Assembly: GCF_030144855.1 (NCBI RefSeq)
Contig: NC_082716.1
Location: 78,244,001-78,308,000, forward strand
Direction: 5' to 3'
DNA: 64,000 nucleotides
DNA from: Hypanus sabinus
Taxonomy: Eukaryota
The position numbers were made by a program, and so were the translations under genes. Of the stretch, positions 52,388 to 64,000 are shown piece after piece; the stretch's first letter is position 1; every line of letters starts with the position of its first letter. The notes below the pieces were generated by a model that was not told the origin of the DNA, made no database searches, and saw nothing but the letters and a program-made list of their open reading frames with translations.

Positions 52388-52519
52388 GGAGTGGCTCCTA
52401 TGATGTTATCATGTTTGACGTGGATAGTAAAGACGCTACCCTGGGAATGAACTGTCCTCCATCAGCTTTTGTAGACCGGGCATTTCTCCAGAAAGTACAA
52501 AGTCTTTTGGCACCCCGAG
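52388..52519 (+). CDS. METTL13: METTL13 coding exon 7
   Basis: [25 protein letters not shown]; CAG acceptor, GTGAAT donor; 132 nt. Confidence 0.95.
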
Positions 52520-53665
52520 GTGAATCATCTTTTCCTTTTGCAATATTTTATAAATCAGAGTCATAGTTAACTGCATCTGTCCTACAGAACAGACTGTCGA
52601 CTATCATTGTTAGACAACGATAATCTGTGCCTGCAAGTTATCAGATAAGAGTTCATCGCCTACAAGTTATGCAAAATGTTATTTGTGCAAGGTTTTGTTC
52701 CCTGCATTTAAAGGAGGAATGCAGCTTATCTTTTTTGTTTTTAAGAAAGTGTGTTAGGTTTCTGAAGATCCACTATATTTGTCATAACATTCTGCATAGT
52801 TAAAATATTGCTTCTATCAGGTGTAGTCGGTTCTAACTTTCTTGCCAACAGGCTGCAAGATTTTGTCTTCAAGCCCTGCATTTACATTGAATACTTACCC
52901 TAAGCAGGTGCGTCACTGTTGTGCGGATGGAACTTACACCAAGTTCTGTGCTTTTGCTTAATCACGTTTGTTGGATGTACTCGTTCCTATCTAAATGGAA
53001 GGTTCCCATCTTTCTAGAAACAAAATGAATTCATGGGTCTGGAGAAAGAGTGGGGATATGGTGTAGGGATAAGTGAATGGCCATTACTATTGGTTTGAAG
53101 AGCCAACAAACAGCCTTTTCTTCTATTTTCTGTGTTTTTACATTTAAATTTGTGTAATGTAAGACTTGTGTGATTGGAGGACCTTGGGGCAGTACAGCTT
53201 ACAAGGAGATCATGTAGCTTTGGTGTTGTCTTTTTTCTCACTTTTTCTCCATATTATTTCTCTTCCTTGCAAAATATGTTCTGCTGAACAAAATTTGCAG
53301 CAGAAAATTGGAAAACAATTATTTCTGGATGTGCACACCATGTCAGTAAAATTGCTTGCATCTAATAAATTAGGATTTTGGGCACTTAAATGTAAAACTG
53401 TATCCCTGAACCCATAAGGAATGACAAAAGATTTCTGGTATGTAGGGGATGTAGTTTGTTGTGGCAGGAAGTTTGATTTGGATTGAAATTAAATAGCAAA
53501 GGAAACTTATTTTCTTTATGGTCCCTGTGCCATGTTTTTTTGCATAACTTTCCAAAATCCATGAAATATGCCAGACTAGGAATATAAATATTTAAAGATG
53601 TTCCTCAGTTGCCGAAATGCTATCCATGTTTGTGTTTTAATTAAAGTTCACTTTAATTGTTTCAG

Positions 53666-53940
53666 GACTCTTCATTCTAAATCTGGTTTGCAGAGACCAC
53701 AGACTGAAAGAAAAAGTCATGGCAGACATCAAATCAGTTTTCCCCCTTGTTTACTCGCAGAAGATTGAGGGTGAGGTAAATGAAATATTGTACTGCCAGT
53801 TGTCCACGGAACTCAAAACTGGTTCTAAACACCTCCTTAGCTCAGGTCAGATATTGGAAAATGATCTGAAGAAATCTGGCAAGCACTGGGACCAAACCTA
53901 CAGACTCGCAGAGATGTTGGAGAAAGTTACAATTGTGTGA
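53666..53940 (+). CDS. METTL13: METTL13 coding exon 8 (terminal)
   Basis: GLFILNLVCRD...KIEGEVNEILYC...EKVTIV-TGA; 275 nt. The eight exons sum to 2100 nt (699 aa plus stop) with no frame breaks. Confidence 0.95.
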
Positions 53941-54389
53941 AAGTTTCTAGGTCACTGGATTAGATGTACACACAAAAAGATTAATGTTTATTGTTTGTAG
54001 TGACTTTCAGTGCCATTAACCAGGGATATGAACTTGGAAGTCTTCAAACGTTCATCACTATTTACTTAAACCAGCGTGTTTACTTCAGGTATATGCGAGC
54101 TGCTCAAATTGCATTTCATCATTTGTCCACTTCATTTTTCTTTATTACAAGAGACCTTTGAGTCTTTTTTGATTTGAGCAAAAAAAAGAGGAGTTATGTT
54201 CACTTTGAAGTGAAATTTGTTGGAGATGGTGAACGTCCATCTGAACTGTTGTGGCCCCTGTTAATGAAAGATGGTAGAATAGATCTTATTCCAGAACCTG
54301 ATGATGAGGATATATTTCAATATGAAGATCTGTATAACTTAAAGGGCAACCTGTGTATGGTGGTATTTCAGTGTGCTGGCTATTCTCGT

Positions 54390-55300
54390 TCAAAGTTCAA
54401 AGTAAATTTATTATCAAACTACATAAATTTCATCATGTACAACAATGAGGTTTGTTTTCTCACTGGCATACTCAGTAAATCCACAATAGAATAATAACTA
54501 TAATAGAATCAATGAAAGACCTCATCAGCTTGGGTTTCAACCAGTGTGCAAGACAACAAACCACGCAAATACAAAACGAGAGAAATAATAAATGAATGAA
54601 TGAATAAATAAATAAGCAATAAATACGAGAACATGAGATGAAGACTCTTTGAAATTGAGTTCATAAGTTGTGGAACATTGCAATGATGGGGCAGGTGAAG
54701 GTGAGTGAAATATCCCCTTTGGTTGAAGCACCTGATTGGTGAGTGCTAATGTCTGTTCCTGAACCTGGCACTGTGAGTCTTGAGGCTCCTGTACTTTCTT
54801 CCTGATGGCAGCAGTGAGAAGGGAACATGACCTGGGTGATGGGGGTCCCTGATGCTGGATGCTGCTTTCCTGTGACGATGCTTTGTGTAGATGTGCCCAA
54901 TGCTAAGAAGGGCTTTACCTGTGACAGACGGGGCCGTATCCACTACTACTTGTAGGATTTTCCATTCAAGGGCACTGGTGTTTCCATACCAGGCTGTGAT
55001 GCAGCTGGTCAATATACTCTCCACTACACATCTTGTATTTCAAACTGCGCTGCATGGAATTTTACATTCCCCTCCCTGGGGGTGTATCTGTGTCAGGTAC
55101 AGTATTTAGACATAAAATACACAGTCTGTGGCAATTCACCAAGCCAAAGTTGTAGATGTCATGCTGAATCTTCGCAAAGTCCTCAGAAATTGGGGCGCTG
55201 CTGTGCTTTCTTCATAATTGCCCTTTCGTACTGGGCTCAGGACAAGCCGTCTGAAATAACAGCATTGAGGAATTTAAAGTCGCTGAACCTCTTCTGTGGT
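54390..55300 (-). mobile_element. Rex1/Babar-like LINE 3' fragment
   Basis: ESILTSCITAWYGN...DPHHPGH; interrupted at about 55034-55145. Confidence 0.8.
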
Positions 55301-55539
55301 GAGGACTGGTTCATGCACCTACCTCTGGTTCCCTTCTCCTGGACAATAATCAACAATCATAAGAGCAATTCAATGTCAGCGAGACCTTGTTGTTCTAACC
55401 GCCAGTTTGTGAGGTGCTGATAAAGGCTTGGTGAAATGCCACAGAGTGTGTATTTTATGTCTATATACTGTAAATAGATTGCAGTTACATTCTGTTGCAT
55501 CCCCAGGGAGGGGAATGTAAAATTCCATGCAGAGCAGTT
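55043..55539. repeat. Local inverted repeat (55043-55145 vs 55425-55539)
   Basis: TGCATGGAATTTTACATTCCCCTCCCTGGGG is the exact reverse complement of CCCCAGGGAGGGGAATGTAAAATTCCATGCA; the other halves of the arms also pair. Confidence 0.85.
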
Positions 55540-56719
55540 CATAATACAACAAAAGATGTAGGAACTACATCATTGGTTATTCCAAAACTCTTGATAAAGG
55601 AGCAATGTGGGGGGAAAGAAGATTTATTTCTATTAATAGTGAAGGTAAAACTAGGTTCATTTACAATAAAGGAAAAAACTTTACGGGAAACGTATGTGAG
55701 ACTTCCAGATTTGGGAGGAAGTGATGGGTGTCCAAACTTATTTGAATCTAATTGCATTGAAGATCCTTATAAGTTTGCCACTTTAAATTGTCAGAACTGG
55801 GAAGGGAATGGAGAGTGAAAAACTCGCAGGACATGTTCAGAAGTCCTGAGGTAGTACAGATATTGTGTGGACGTTGAAACAAATGTTCTATATTACTGCC
55901 TTGTTTGACTTATCTCATAGAGTTAAAGAAGAGCTGTAACTACTGGGAGGTAATGTGGACATGGGGAAACATGTAGACTTTCCCAATATCTAGTGGTTGA
56001 CCTGTTTTTTTTTAGTAGATTTTGGTCACAAATTGCACATTGACCTTTTTGAACTAGTAAAACTGCTCTCATTAATGTCCCATAATCACCTATTCCAATA
56101 TTTAAATAGAATAACATGGTTCTAATAAACCATTCTTGGGAATTGGATGTTATTTTCCTTTTGATTGCCTAATATATGGGTACTCAGATCTGTGGAACAC
56201 AGTGAGAAATGTTCAGTCAATAAACTGTTTTATAGAGTAATAACAAATGCAGCAATTGAATTCAGCATAGCTAGATCTAAAATATGTAATAACTGTATTA
56301 CATCATTAATTATCAAACTTAATACTACCAATATTTTTGGGAATGCTTAAATTTAAAGTGAATTTTTTAACACGTGGTCTATGACATTATATTGACCCGT
56401 GGCTATGTATCTTCGCATTTGTGTGAGGTGGAAAATAGGAGGATTTCACTTGGACAGCTCCTAATGTTTTCTGCAGTCATTAAGTTTATAAGTCTCTCCT
56501 AAGATCATCTTGCATTACTTAAAAGTTTTGATGATACTTCCCACATACTTAATACATGGTTATCAGTTCAGTGAGTTGCTGTAATTGGCTTGCTTTTTTT
56601 GTGCATTCATAACACATTACATTAAATGTGTTGGCTTCAATTAACTTCAAAGGTGCATAACCAGTCCATATCCTTCTCCAACACCTTGATGCTGACTGCT
56701 GAAAGGTTGCACCCGACAC

Positions 56720-57300
56720 TGAATTCTTAGGCTGTCCATCAGGAGCGAGGAGGACTTCCTTCCACTCTGGTTTTATGGGAGCAGATGTGGCTAATGAGGC
56801 CACTTTGGAATAGCAGAATCTTCAACAGGGCACGTAAGGGGTGGATGGGTCGAACATGAGTTAGTGTGCTCCTTCTGCCTCTTATCAGGCATCTGCTTGT
56901 TCTCAACATGCCCTTGAAGTTCTCAATAACATCCTGAAATTTCCTTTGAGTGAAGTCAGCCACAGTTTCCCCAAGAATCAGTGGGGTGGTTGCACTTCTT
57001 CAAAGAAGGTTTGAATGCATCCTTATTGTTGGTGATGAAGTCTATGTTGAGTGTATCACCCATTCTTTCATGCTTGGATGAACAAAATGACAATGCTCTG
57101 GAGGTTACTCTCCAAGTCAACCCAAAACACAAGTGTCATATGCATTTTGGAACTTGGCTGCTGATAGAATATGACCTTGTTTCTGGAGAGTACTCACTGT
57201 GAGTTGAACAGTTTCCTAATAATTCTGAAGATTAGCTCTACTCCCATAGGAAGTTTCTTTGAGGTGAGGTGCAGCATTACAATAGGAAAGACTGAGAAAA
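56720..57300 (-). mobile_element. Highly decayed RTE (BovB-like) LINE 3' remnant
   Basis: QRKFQDVI and SGLISHICSHK resemble the RTE ORF C-terminus, followed by a short 3' UTR. Confidence 0.45.
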
Positions 57301-57919
57301 ATGTTGGGGCATGATACAAATTTATTTGATTCTACTCTTTACTGAGATGTTACTACCATTTTACCATTCTGTTAGTATCATGGTTTCCTCGCTGCTCTGA
57401 GCATTAGCAACCAAATTTGAGAATTTTCCATAATTCCTCCAGATCATGAGGTTAAAAAAAAAGTCATGCATATTGGGTAGTGCTGTTCCATGGAAAATAT
57501 TATGAATATTTCATGAATACTGTGTTTCCAGATGTTTGGAATCCACACTTATTCTCAGAGCAGCTTTTCAGGTACATGGAGGAGATGGTGCCCAGGATGT
57601 CTGGTGATATGCTGATGCAGCTGTCAATCAAATACCTGACAAATTTTGATCAGATTAGATTAGAAAATAAAATCAGTTTACATTTTGAACACTTTTTGTT
57701 ATTGAATATATATTTAAGTTTAAAATTGTTCTCCATCTTCAGTAGAGGACCACTATGCAATGTCTTTTTGCTGACAAAATGTTTTAAGTTTTTTTATCCT
57801 GGTGTTTTTGGCTTATTATTCCAAAAAATTAATTGAAGATATGTTACATTGAAGTGAATTAAGATGTTGCCAAGAGATATAGGTTAGCTATGTCTCTTGT
57901 GGATCCAGTTTGGGTGCCA

Positions 57920-58200
57920 AGGTGCTTAGCGAGATGCTTTTACAGTTTGGGGTGTTGGAGATCGGAGTTTAATCCCGGTGCTGTCTGTTAGGATCTCTGT
58001 ACGTCCTCCCTGTGGAATGTGTGGGTTTTCTTTGTTGCTCCAACGTCCTTCCACAGTCCAAAGATGTACTGGGCAGGTTAATTAATCATTGCAAATTATC
58101 CAGTGGTTAGGTTAGGGTTAATTGGCATTTTTGGGGGTTGCTGGGGCAGTGTGGCTTGAAGGGCTGGGTGGCCTACTCTACACCACATCACTAAATCTAT
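57920..58200 (+). mobile_element. V-SINE/HE1-like SINE
   Basis: B box GGAGTTTAATCC and V-domain-like TGTACGTCCTCCCTGTG...CCACAGTCCAAAGATGTAC...GGTTAATT. Confidence 0.7.
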
Positions 58201-58765
58201 AAATAAGTACATACGAACATACTTACATAACTGGAGTAGATCTGCTTCAGAAGAAAATTATACTCCCACTTTTTATTTGACTAGTGTTCAGTGAATATTC
58301 CTTCGTTAAGTCTATCATTAGGCAATTTAAAATAAAGCACAGAAAACTCTGAGCAATTCTTCCAATTCAAATGTAAGCTTTCTTGTGTATCTGAATATAA
58401 ATTTATTATTTTGTAATTGGCAACTGGTGGATTTGTTTAATTAATGTTCCATGGCTAGTTTCATACAATGTGCCTCACTTTCATAAAATTGCTTAACTTC
58501 CTGAGCTGATGTGGATTCACAAATAGAAAATTGTAATAGAGCCAGTTAAAAATGCCCTCAATCTTAATCCAAGCAGGAAAGTGTGATACTTGGTGTGTTC
58601 ATGGTAGCTTAGCTGGCAAGGAAACTGGGTCAGGCAGCATGCAATTAGTCACTGCACAGTGGAGCAGCGGCTAGAGTAGCTGCCTCATTGCCTCTGAGCC
58701 GTGGGTTCTGTCCTGCTGTCTGTGTGGAGTTGGCATTTTACAAAGTTCAAAGCAAATTTGTATCC

Positions 58766-59045
58766 GGCACCACAGAGGCGTAGCAGTTGGAGTGAAGCGA
58801 TTACACTTTGGGGTGTTCTGGAGTTTGGAATTCAATTCTGGTGCCATCTGTAAGGAGTTTGAATGTCCTCCCTGTGAACCACGATGGTTTCCTCAGGGTG
58901 CTCCACAGTCTAAAGACATACCAGTTAGTAGGTTAATTGGTCATTATAAATTGTTCTGTAATTAGGCTAGTGTTAAAATAGTTTGGTTGATGATGTGTGT
59001 GGGTCATTGAGCCAGAAGGTCCTGTTCCGTGATGTATATCTAAAT
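58766..59045 (+). mobile_element. V-SINE/HE1-like SINE
   Basis: tRNA-like head, V-domain and CR1-like tail. Confidence 0.7.
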
Positions 59046-60559
59046 TCATAACTACAAGTTAAACTATCACAAATGCGGTCAATAAATAAAAGCTGACTGA
59101 AGATGGAGCTGTTGCATATGATCTGAAGACTTGGGAACAGATTGCCCAGCTGATGCATTCTGTGAAGGAACAAATGCAGGAGAAGCTATCAGACCATTTG
59201 ATTTTTAATGGAGTGAGCTTTCTATTTTAAGTTTATCTTCCATTTGCAGAGACCTAGTAATATAACACTGCCATTTAAAATTAAATTTTGTGGAAATCAG
59301 TGTTTGTATATTTTTCCCGTGGTAGAATATACTGCAGGCATCTGGAGAATGATTCCAATGAGAATAAGTTGAAGGCATCCACCACCCCAGGACTCTTCTG
59401 GGGTTATAATGTGACCCAAAACTGATGCAAATTTCAAATTATTGTAGCACTGTGTTCAAATAAAAAGCAATTTGACATTAACGCACTGAAGTCTCAGCCC
59501 AAAATGTTGACTGTACTCTATTCCTTCACTGCTGCCTGGCTTGCTGAATTCCTCCACCACTTTGTGTGTGTGTGCTGCTTGGATTTCCTGCATCTGCATA
59601 TTTTCTTGTTTGATATTAATGCAACCTACAGTCATTTTCAAAGCTGTCGATACATTTTCCATGCAGTTAATTTCAAGTTAATTGACATATTGAATGTAAT
59701 CATAACATTGAAATATTTTGAGATTGTCCAAGTGTTTTTATGGGGCTAGATTCAGAACTTTAAAACAAAACTATTATTTGATCAGAAACTTGTAGGTTCA
59801 GAAACCGATCACAAAATTTTGACAGATTGCCAATATTGCTCTTTTGAATGAGTCTTAAAACTGAGAATTACTGCTGTGTTTATAAAAGATGTATGCTGCC
59901 AAATATACATCTGCTACTATCTGGGAAACATTACCACAGTATAAAATTCAGGACCAACAGGCTCCAGGGACAGCTTCTTCCACCAGGCCATCAAACTGAT
60001 TAATTCATGCTGATACAAATGTATTTCTATGTTATATTGACTGTCCTGTTGTACATACTACTTATTATAAATTACTATAAATTGCACATTTAGCGAAGTA
60101 ACAAAGATTTTACATAAAGATGTAACTAATAAAGTCAATTCAATTCAAAACAAATAAGGAGGTTGTTCCTGGTGTCATGGGTAGTTTTATGCCTCATTCA
60201 ACACTACGTCTTATATAGGTGTTTACATCTACTCTGTTTGTGGAATTTTGCATGGGCCATTAGTTGCTGAATTATCAGCACTGGAACAGTAATTAGATTT
60301 CAAAATATTTTAGTGGCTGTAAACTGCTTTAGAACATTCTGAAGTTATGAACAATGCTATATTAATGTTGATTTCAACAGGGCAATTTTTTGTTTTTTTA
60401 TTGAGAATTTTCTAAAGTAATGAAAATAATATTCTTTAGTGAAGAAGGAAGGCCCATTGTGCCCTGGAATATAAGTGGTATCAAAGGAATAATATTTACT
60501 CTTACTGTGAACTGTATGAGTTGATGTTGTCTTGGAATCCCAAGCATGTGCTTTATTAA

Positions 60560-60660
60560 AGCAACACACACAAAAAGCTGTAGGAACTCAGCAGGCCAGG
60601 CAGCTTCGATGGAGAAAAGTACAGTCAATGTTTCGGGCCGAAACTCTTTGGCAGGATTAG
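60560..60660 (-). mobile_element. Penelope-like pLTR fragment with decayed hammerhead
   Basis: Same family as 8665 and 21738; core decayed to CTGCCAA...GAAA. Confidence 0.6.
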
Positions 60661-61099
60661 AAGAACACTTTGGAAGGACCAAGTGCTTTATTATCTCTGT
60701 CATGATGGTAATCGGGAAGCTGAAATCTTTTTTACATTTTGCTAAACTAAATGCCCTCAGGAAATTGAAAGCTGCACTGCTCATGTCATTCGTAGATTGT
60801 GCCAAACATGTTCAAAATTGCAAAACTAGTTTATGCAATCAATGCATCTTTAAGAAATGACAACTTAATAAACATGTTGTTACCTTGTGAAACAAACAAA
60901 ATTGCGGTTGTGGTGCCCAAAATAGCTTGTGTAGTAATACTGTACCTGTGGAAGTGAGGTATGAAATAACGGCTTTTGCAAAATTTGTTCTGTGTGCTTA
61001 AGAATATGCGTGGAATATGACAAAATGGCTTGTAGTTTTACAATGCAAAACTGAACTGTGCAATGCAACTTGTAATAATTATAGTATTTAAAGAAAAGT

Positions 61100-61373
61100 C
61101 AGGCGAAGGAACTATCGGGGCTGTAGTCTGCAAGTTGATCGCGTCTCACGGACTGGAGTGCGGCTGCGCGCACGCAGACCGTTAAGTGTCAGCGCAGCCG
61201 GAGCGGAGTGAGGACGGTGGCGGCCGGGACGGTTCGGAGCTGGAGGCTGCGAGTTGGGTGGGGTTCTTCCCGTGACTGGAGGTGGCGGACTTCATTTCGC
61301 GACTCTGTGTGCGTGGTTTCTGATCTCCGCACGGTGGGCTCCAGTGGCCGGCCGGCTGGTGGGGTCGGTCGCC
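61100..61373 (+). promoter_or_regulatory. CpG-rich promoter/5' UTR of the dynamin gene
   Basis: Sharp rise in GC and CpG immediately upstream of a Kozak GCCATGG; NRF1-like TGCGCGCACGCA at about 61165-61176. Confidence 0.65.
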
Positions 61374-61534
61374 ATGGGCAACCGTGGGATGGAGGAGCTC
61401 ATCCCCATGGTCAACCGCCTGCAGGATGCCTTCTCCGCCGTCGGCCGGAGCTGCAGGCTGGACCTGCCGCAGATCGCGGTGGTGGGCGGGCAGAGCTCCG
61501 GCAAGAGCTCGGTGCTGGAAAGTTTCGTTGGCAG
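61374..61534 (+). CDS. DNM3: Classical dynamin, coding exon 1 (DNM3 by adjacency to METTL13)
   Basis: [24 protein letters not shown]...[26 protein letters not shown]; GTGAGG donor; 161 nt. Paralog assignment rests on the known METTL13-DNM3 tandem arrangement. Confidence 0.85.
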
Positions 61535-62554
61535 GTGAGGACGTGGTGGGGAGTGTGTATTTGGGGGAGAGGGGTGGCTGGTGAGTGATTAATCCGCTAT
61601 CCGAGCATGCGCGCAAAATTTGGTGGGATCTTGCTGTGCGCTTTTTGCTCCTCCCCGGAAAGTTCCCAATCCAGAATTCCATAAGAGCGGAGCGCTTTGG
61701 GATACGACTCGAAAGGGAAAGACTGCAAGACACGCAATCTTCTTTACCAATTCTTTCCGGGATCAGTGTAAATGTGTGGTTGATGCTGGCTCGGGAGCTT
61801 GAGGGATGTTTCCGATCCATATCTCACTATGATTTCTTGTCTCTTATGTTTTAAGTTCAAGATCGCCTTTCGGCTCACATGACTGGGTGTCTTAAGTATT
61901 AGTATTTATTATGGATATCGTAATTGCTGCTAGAAAATAAATGGTTTGGTGCCCCCTTCCCTCAAAGAGGAAACTCCCATGGTACCAGCAGTCTCCAGAT
62001 TATTGAGGGGCTGTTCTTGAGAACATTTCACAATTTCCCCCCAGGTCAAAACGAGCAATTCCAACGGGAGCCGATTAATGTAAGCATTTTTAGTCTCTTT
62101 TGTGTAACGGTACAGAATCGGAATGCTCCACATCCAGTGGCTGGTTACATATATACATTTTTTTAAAGACTGGTTGCTTTTCCTGTTAACTAACTACTAT
62201 ATTTTTCCATAATTCTTGTGGATGCTTCCATTCCTGTTACTAACTTTCCCATGAAAAAAATCTGTAAATATTTAAGGGAGGATTTGTGTAAAGTTGAACT
62301 TCTGCTAGTCAGGTCTTCTGTAAGTGTGATACAGCATGGTATTGTACCAACATATGTCATGAAGTAGTGGTGTGATGCTGTTGATCTTTTGACATATATA
62401 GAACTTTTAATTAGTGTTTTCCATATCTTTATATTTTATATTTTACAATTTTTACTCCATTTTACCTGGAATATTATAGAATAATTTTTAAAACCACTGT
62501 TAAGTGTTGAATGGTTTGTGTCACCAGTCCATTTCTCACAGTGATTCTCTTTGG

Positions 62555-62785
62555 TGTGTTCCCGTTACTGCCTCTAAGGAGTTTTTATGTTCTCCCTGTG
62601 ACCGCATGGGTTTTCTCTGGGTGCTCCGGTTTACTCCCACATTACAAAAGTGTACTGGTTTGTAGGTCATTGTAAACTTTCCCATGATTCGGCTGGGATT
62701 AAACTGGGGGATTGCTAGGTGCTGTTGCTTGAAGGGACGAAAAGGCCTTCTCCATGCTGTATATAAAAAAATAAATAAAATAAAG
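62555..62785 (+). mobile_element. V-SINE/HE1-like SINE
   Basis: TTCTCCCTGTGACCGCATGGGTTTTCTCTGGGTGCTCCGGTTT V-domain and A-rich tail. Confidence 0.7.
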
Positions 62786-63391
62786 CGAAATCAGATGCTC
62801 TACAAGTGCATTTAGAAAGGCAGTCAGCAACAGTTCAAGATTCTGATGCAGGTTCTTGATCACATCCAGATACTGGCTGACCCACTCTTCCAGCAGTTTG
62901 TTTTTGACTCCAGGTTATATCATCTGCAGTCTCTTATGTCAACAGTTTTTACACTTGTGGCACTTCCTTGAGCTGGAATTTTCTAGAGCAGAGATGTTTC
63001 ATGACATGTCCCTTCAATTATCCTTCAGCATTTCCCTTTAAGTTCATTAAAGTGTGAATTGGTTGTGAATGACTTGAGGTAACAGAGCATTTGGGATTGT
63101 AGTGAAGAATGGGGGGGGGGGAGGAGGTGATAAATTCAGATGCAGAAAAAAGGGAAATAATTTTGAAGTCTGACGTTTTAAAATCTGCAGACTGAAATGA
63201 CAGAAGTGACTCTATGCTAATTGTTTACTTCATAGGTCAGCACGATTATTTGATGTTTTTAAAAAAATGCATCTCTACTTTTAATGTATTTGTGATTTTA
63301 GTCAGTAGATTTGATTTTATGTTGTGATGAGTTGAATGGGCAACTAATATGGAAATCTTAATTTCATGAGTGAAGTGCCATGATTTGCTGT

Positions 63392-64000
63392 TAGAAACAG
63401 AAAACCTACAGCACCATACAGGCCCTTCGGCCCACAATGCTGTGCAGAACATGTACAGTACTTTCGAAGTTACCTAGGGTTTCTAAGCACCATGTATCTA
63501 TCCAGGAGTCGCTTAAAAGACTGTCATATCCGCATTCACCACCGTTGCCGGCAGCCCATTCCACACATTCACAACTCTGTGTTTTTTAAAAAAACTTACC
63601 CCAACATTTCCTCTGTACCTACTTCCAATTACCTTAAAACTGTGCCCTCTTGTGTTAGCCATTTCAGCCCTGGGGAAAAAACCTCTGACTATCCACACGA
63701 TCAACGCTTCTCATCTTATACACCTCTATCAAGCCACCTTTCATCCTCTGTTGCTCCAAGGAGAAAAGGCCAAGTTCATGCAACCTATTCTCATAATACG
63801 TGCTCCCCAATCCAGGCAACATCATTGTAAGTCTCCTCTGCATCCTTTCTATAGTTTCCACATCCTTCCTGTAGTGAAGTTACCAGAACTGAGCACAGTA
63901 CTCCAAGTGGGGTCTGACTAGGGTCCTGTATAGCTATAACATTACCTCTTGGCTCTTGAACTCAATCCCACGGTTGAAGAAGGCCAATGCACCATATGCC
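63392..64000 (-). mobile_element. CR1 LINE 3' portion (continues beyond window)
   Basis: IERMQRRLTMMLPG and HRVVNVWNGLP remnants; similar to 9866-10700. Confidence 0.8.

Noticed and set aside
54174-54494. 106-aa ORF after the METTL13 stop codon
   Set aside because: Non-ATG start, runs into a LINE tail, no recognised homology; likely 3' UTR.
57480-57836. 118-aa ORF between METTL13 and dynamin
   Set aside because: AT-rich, non-ATG start, no recognisable homology or coherent exon chain.
61182-61820. 212-aa antisense ORF over dynamin exon 1
   Set aside because: Expected stop-codon scarcity in a CpG-rich region.

Overview
Vertebrate genomic DNA, probably from a cartilaginous fish (inferred only from the repeat families: V-SINE/HE1-like SINEs, CR1, Rex1 and Penelope). 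Three protein-coding genes are supported by manual translation and GT-AG splice sites. (1) ITPA exons 1-4 on the minus strand; the remaining exons were not found and probably lie left of the window. (2) A complete 8-coding-exon METTL13/EEF1AKNMT on the plus strand (2100-nt CDS, 699 aa), head-to-head with ITPA across a small CpG-rich CCAAT/ETS promoter. (3) The first coding exon of a classical dynamin, DNM3 by synteny. Most of the rest is transposable-element debris: L1, CR1, Rex1/Babar, RTE, Penelope-like, hAT, Tigger, Tc1, SINEs and a probable solo LTR. The most notable observations are a ~690-bp, ~97% identical inverted duplication bracketing the ITPA/METTL13 promoter and ITPA exon 1; minimal hammerhead ribozyme motifs in Penelope-like repeats, some sense to host pre-mRNAs; a fold-back Penelope element just upstream of METTL13 exon 4; and a Drp1-like P-loop in the dynamin. 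No CRISPR, rRNA or bona fide tRNA was seen. Repeat boundaries are approximate and identities were estimated by eye.
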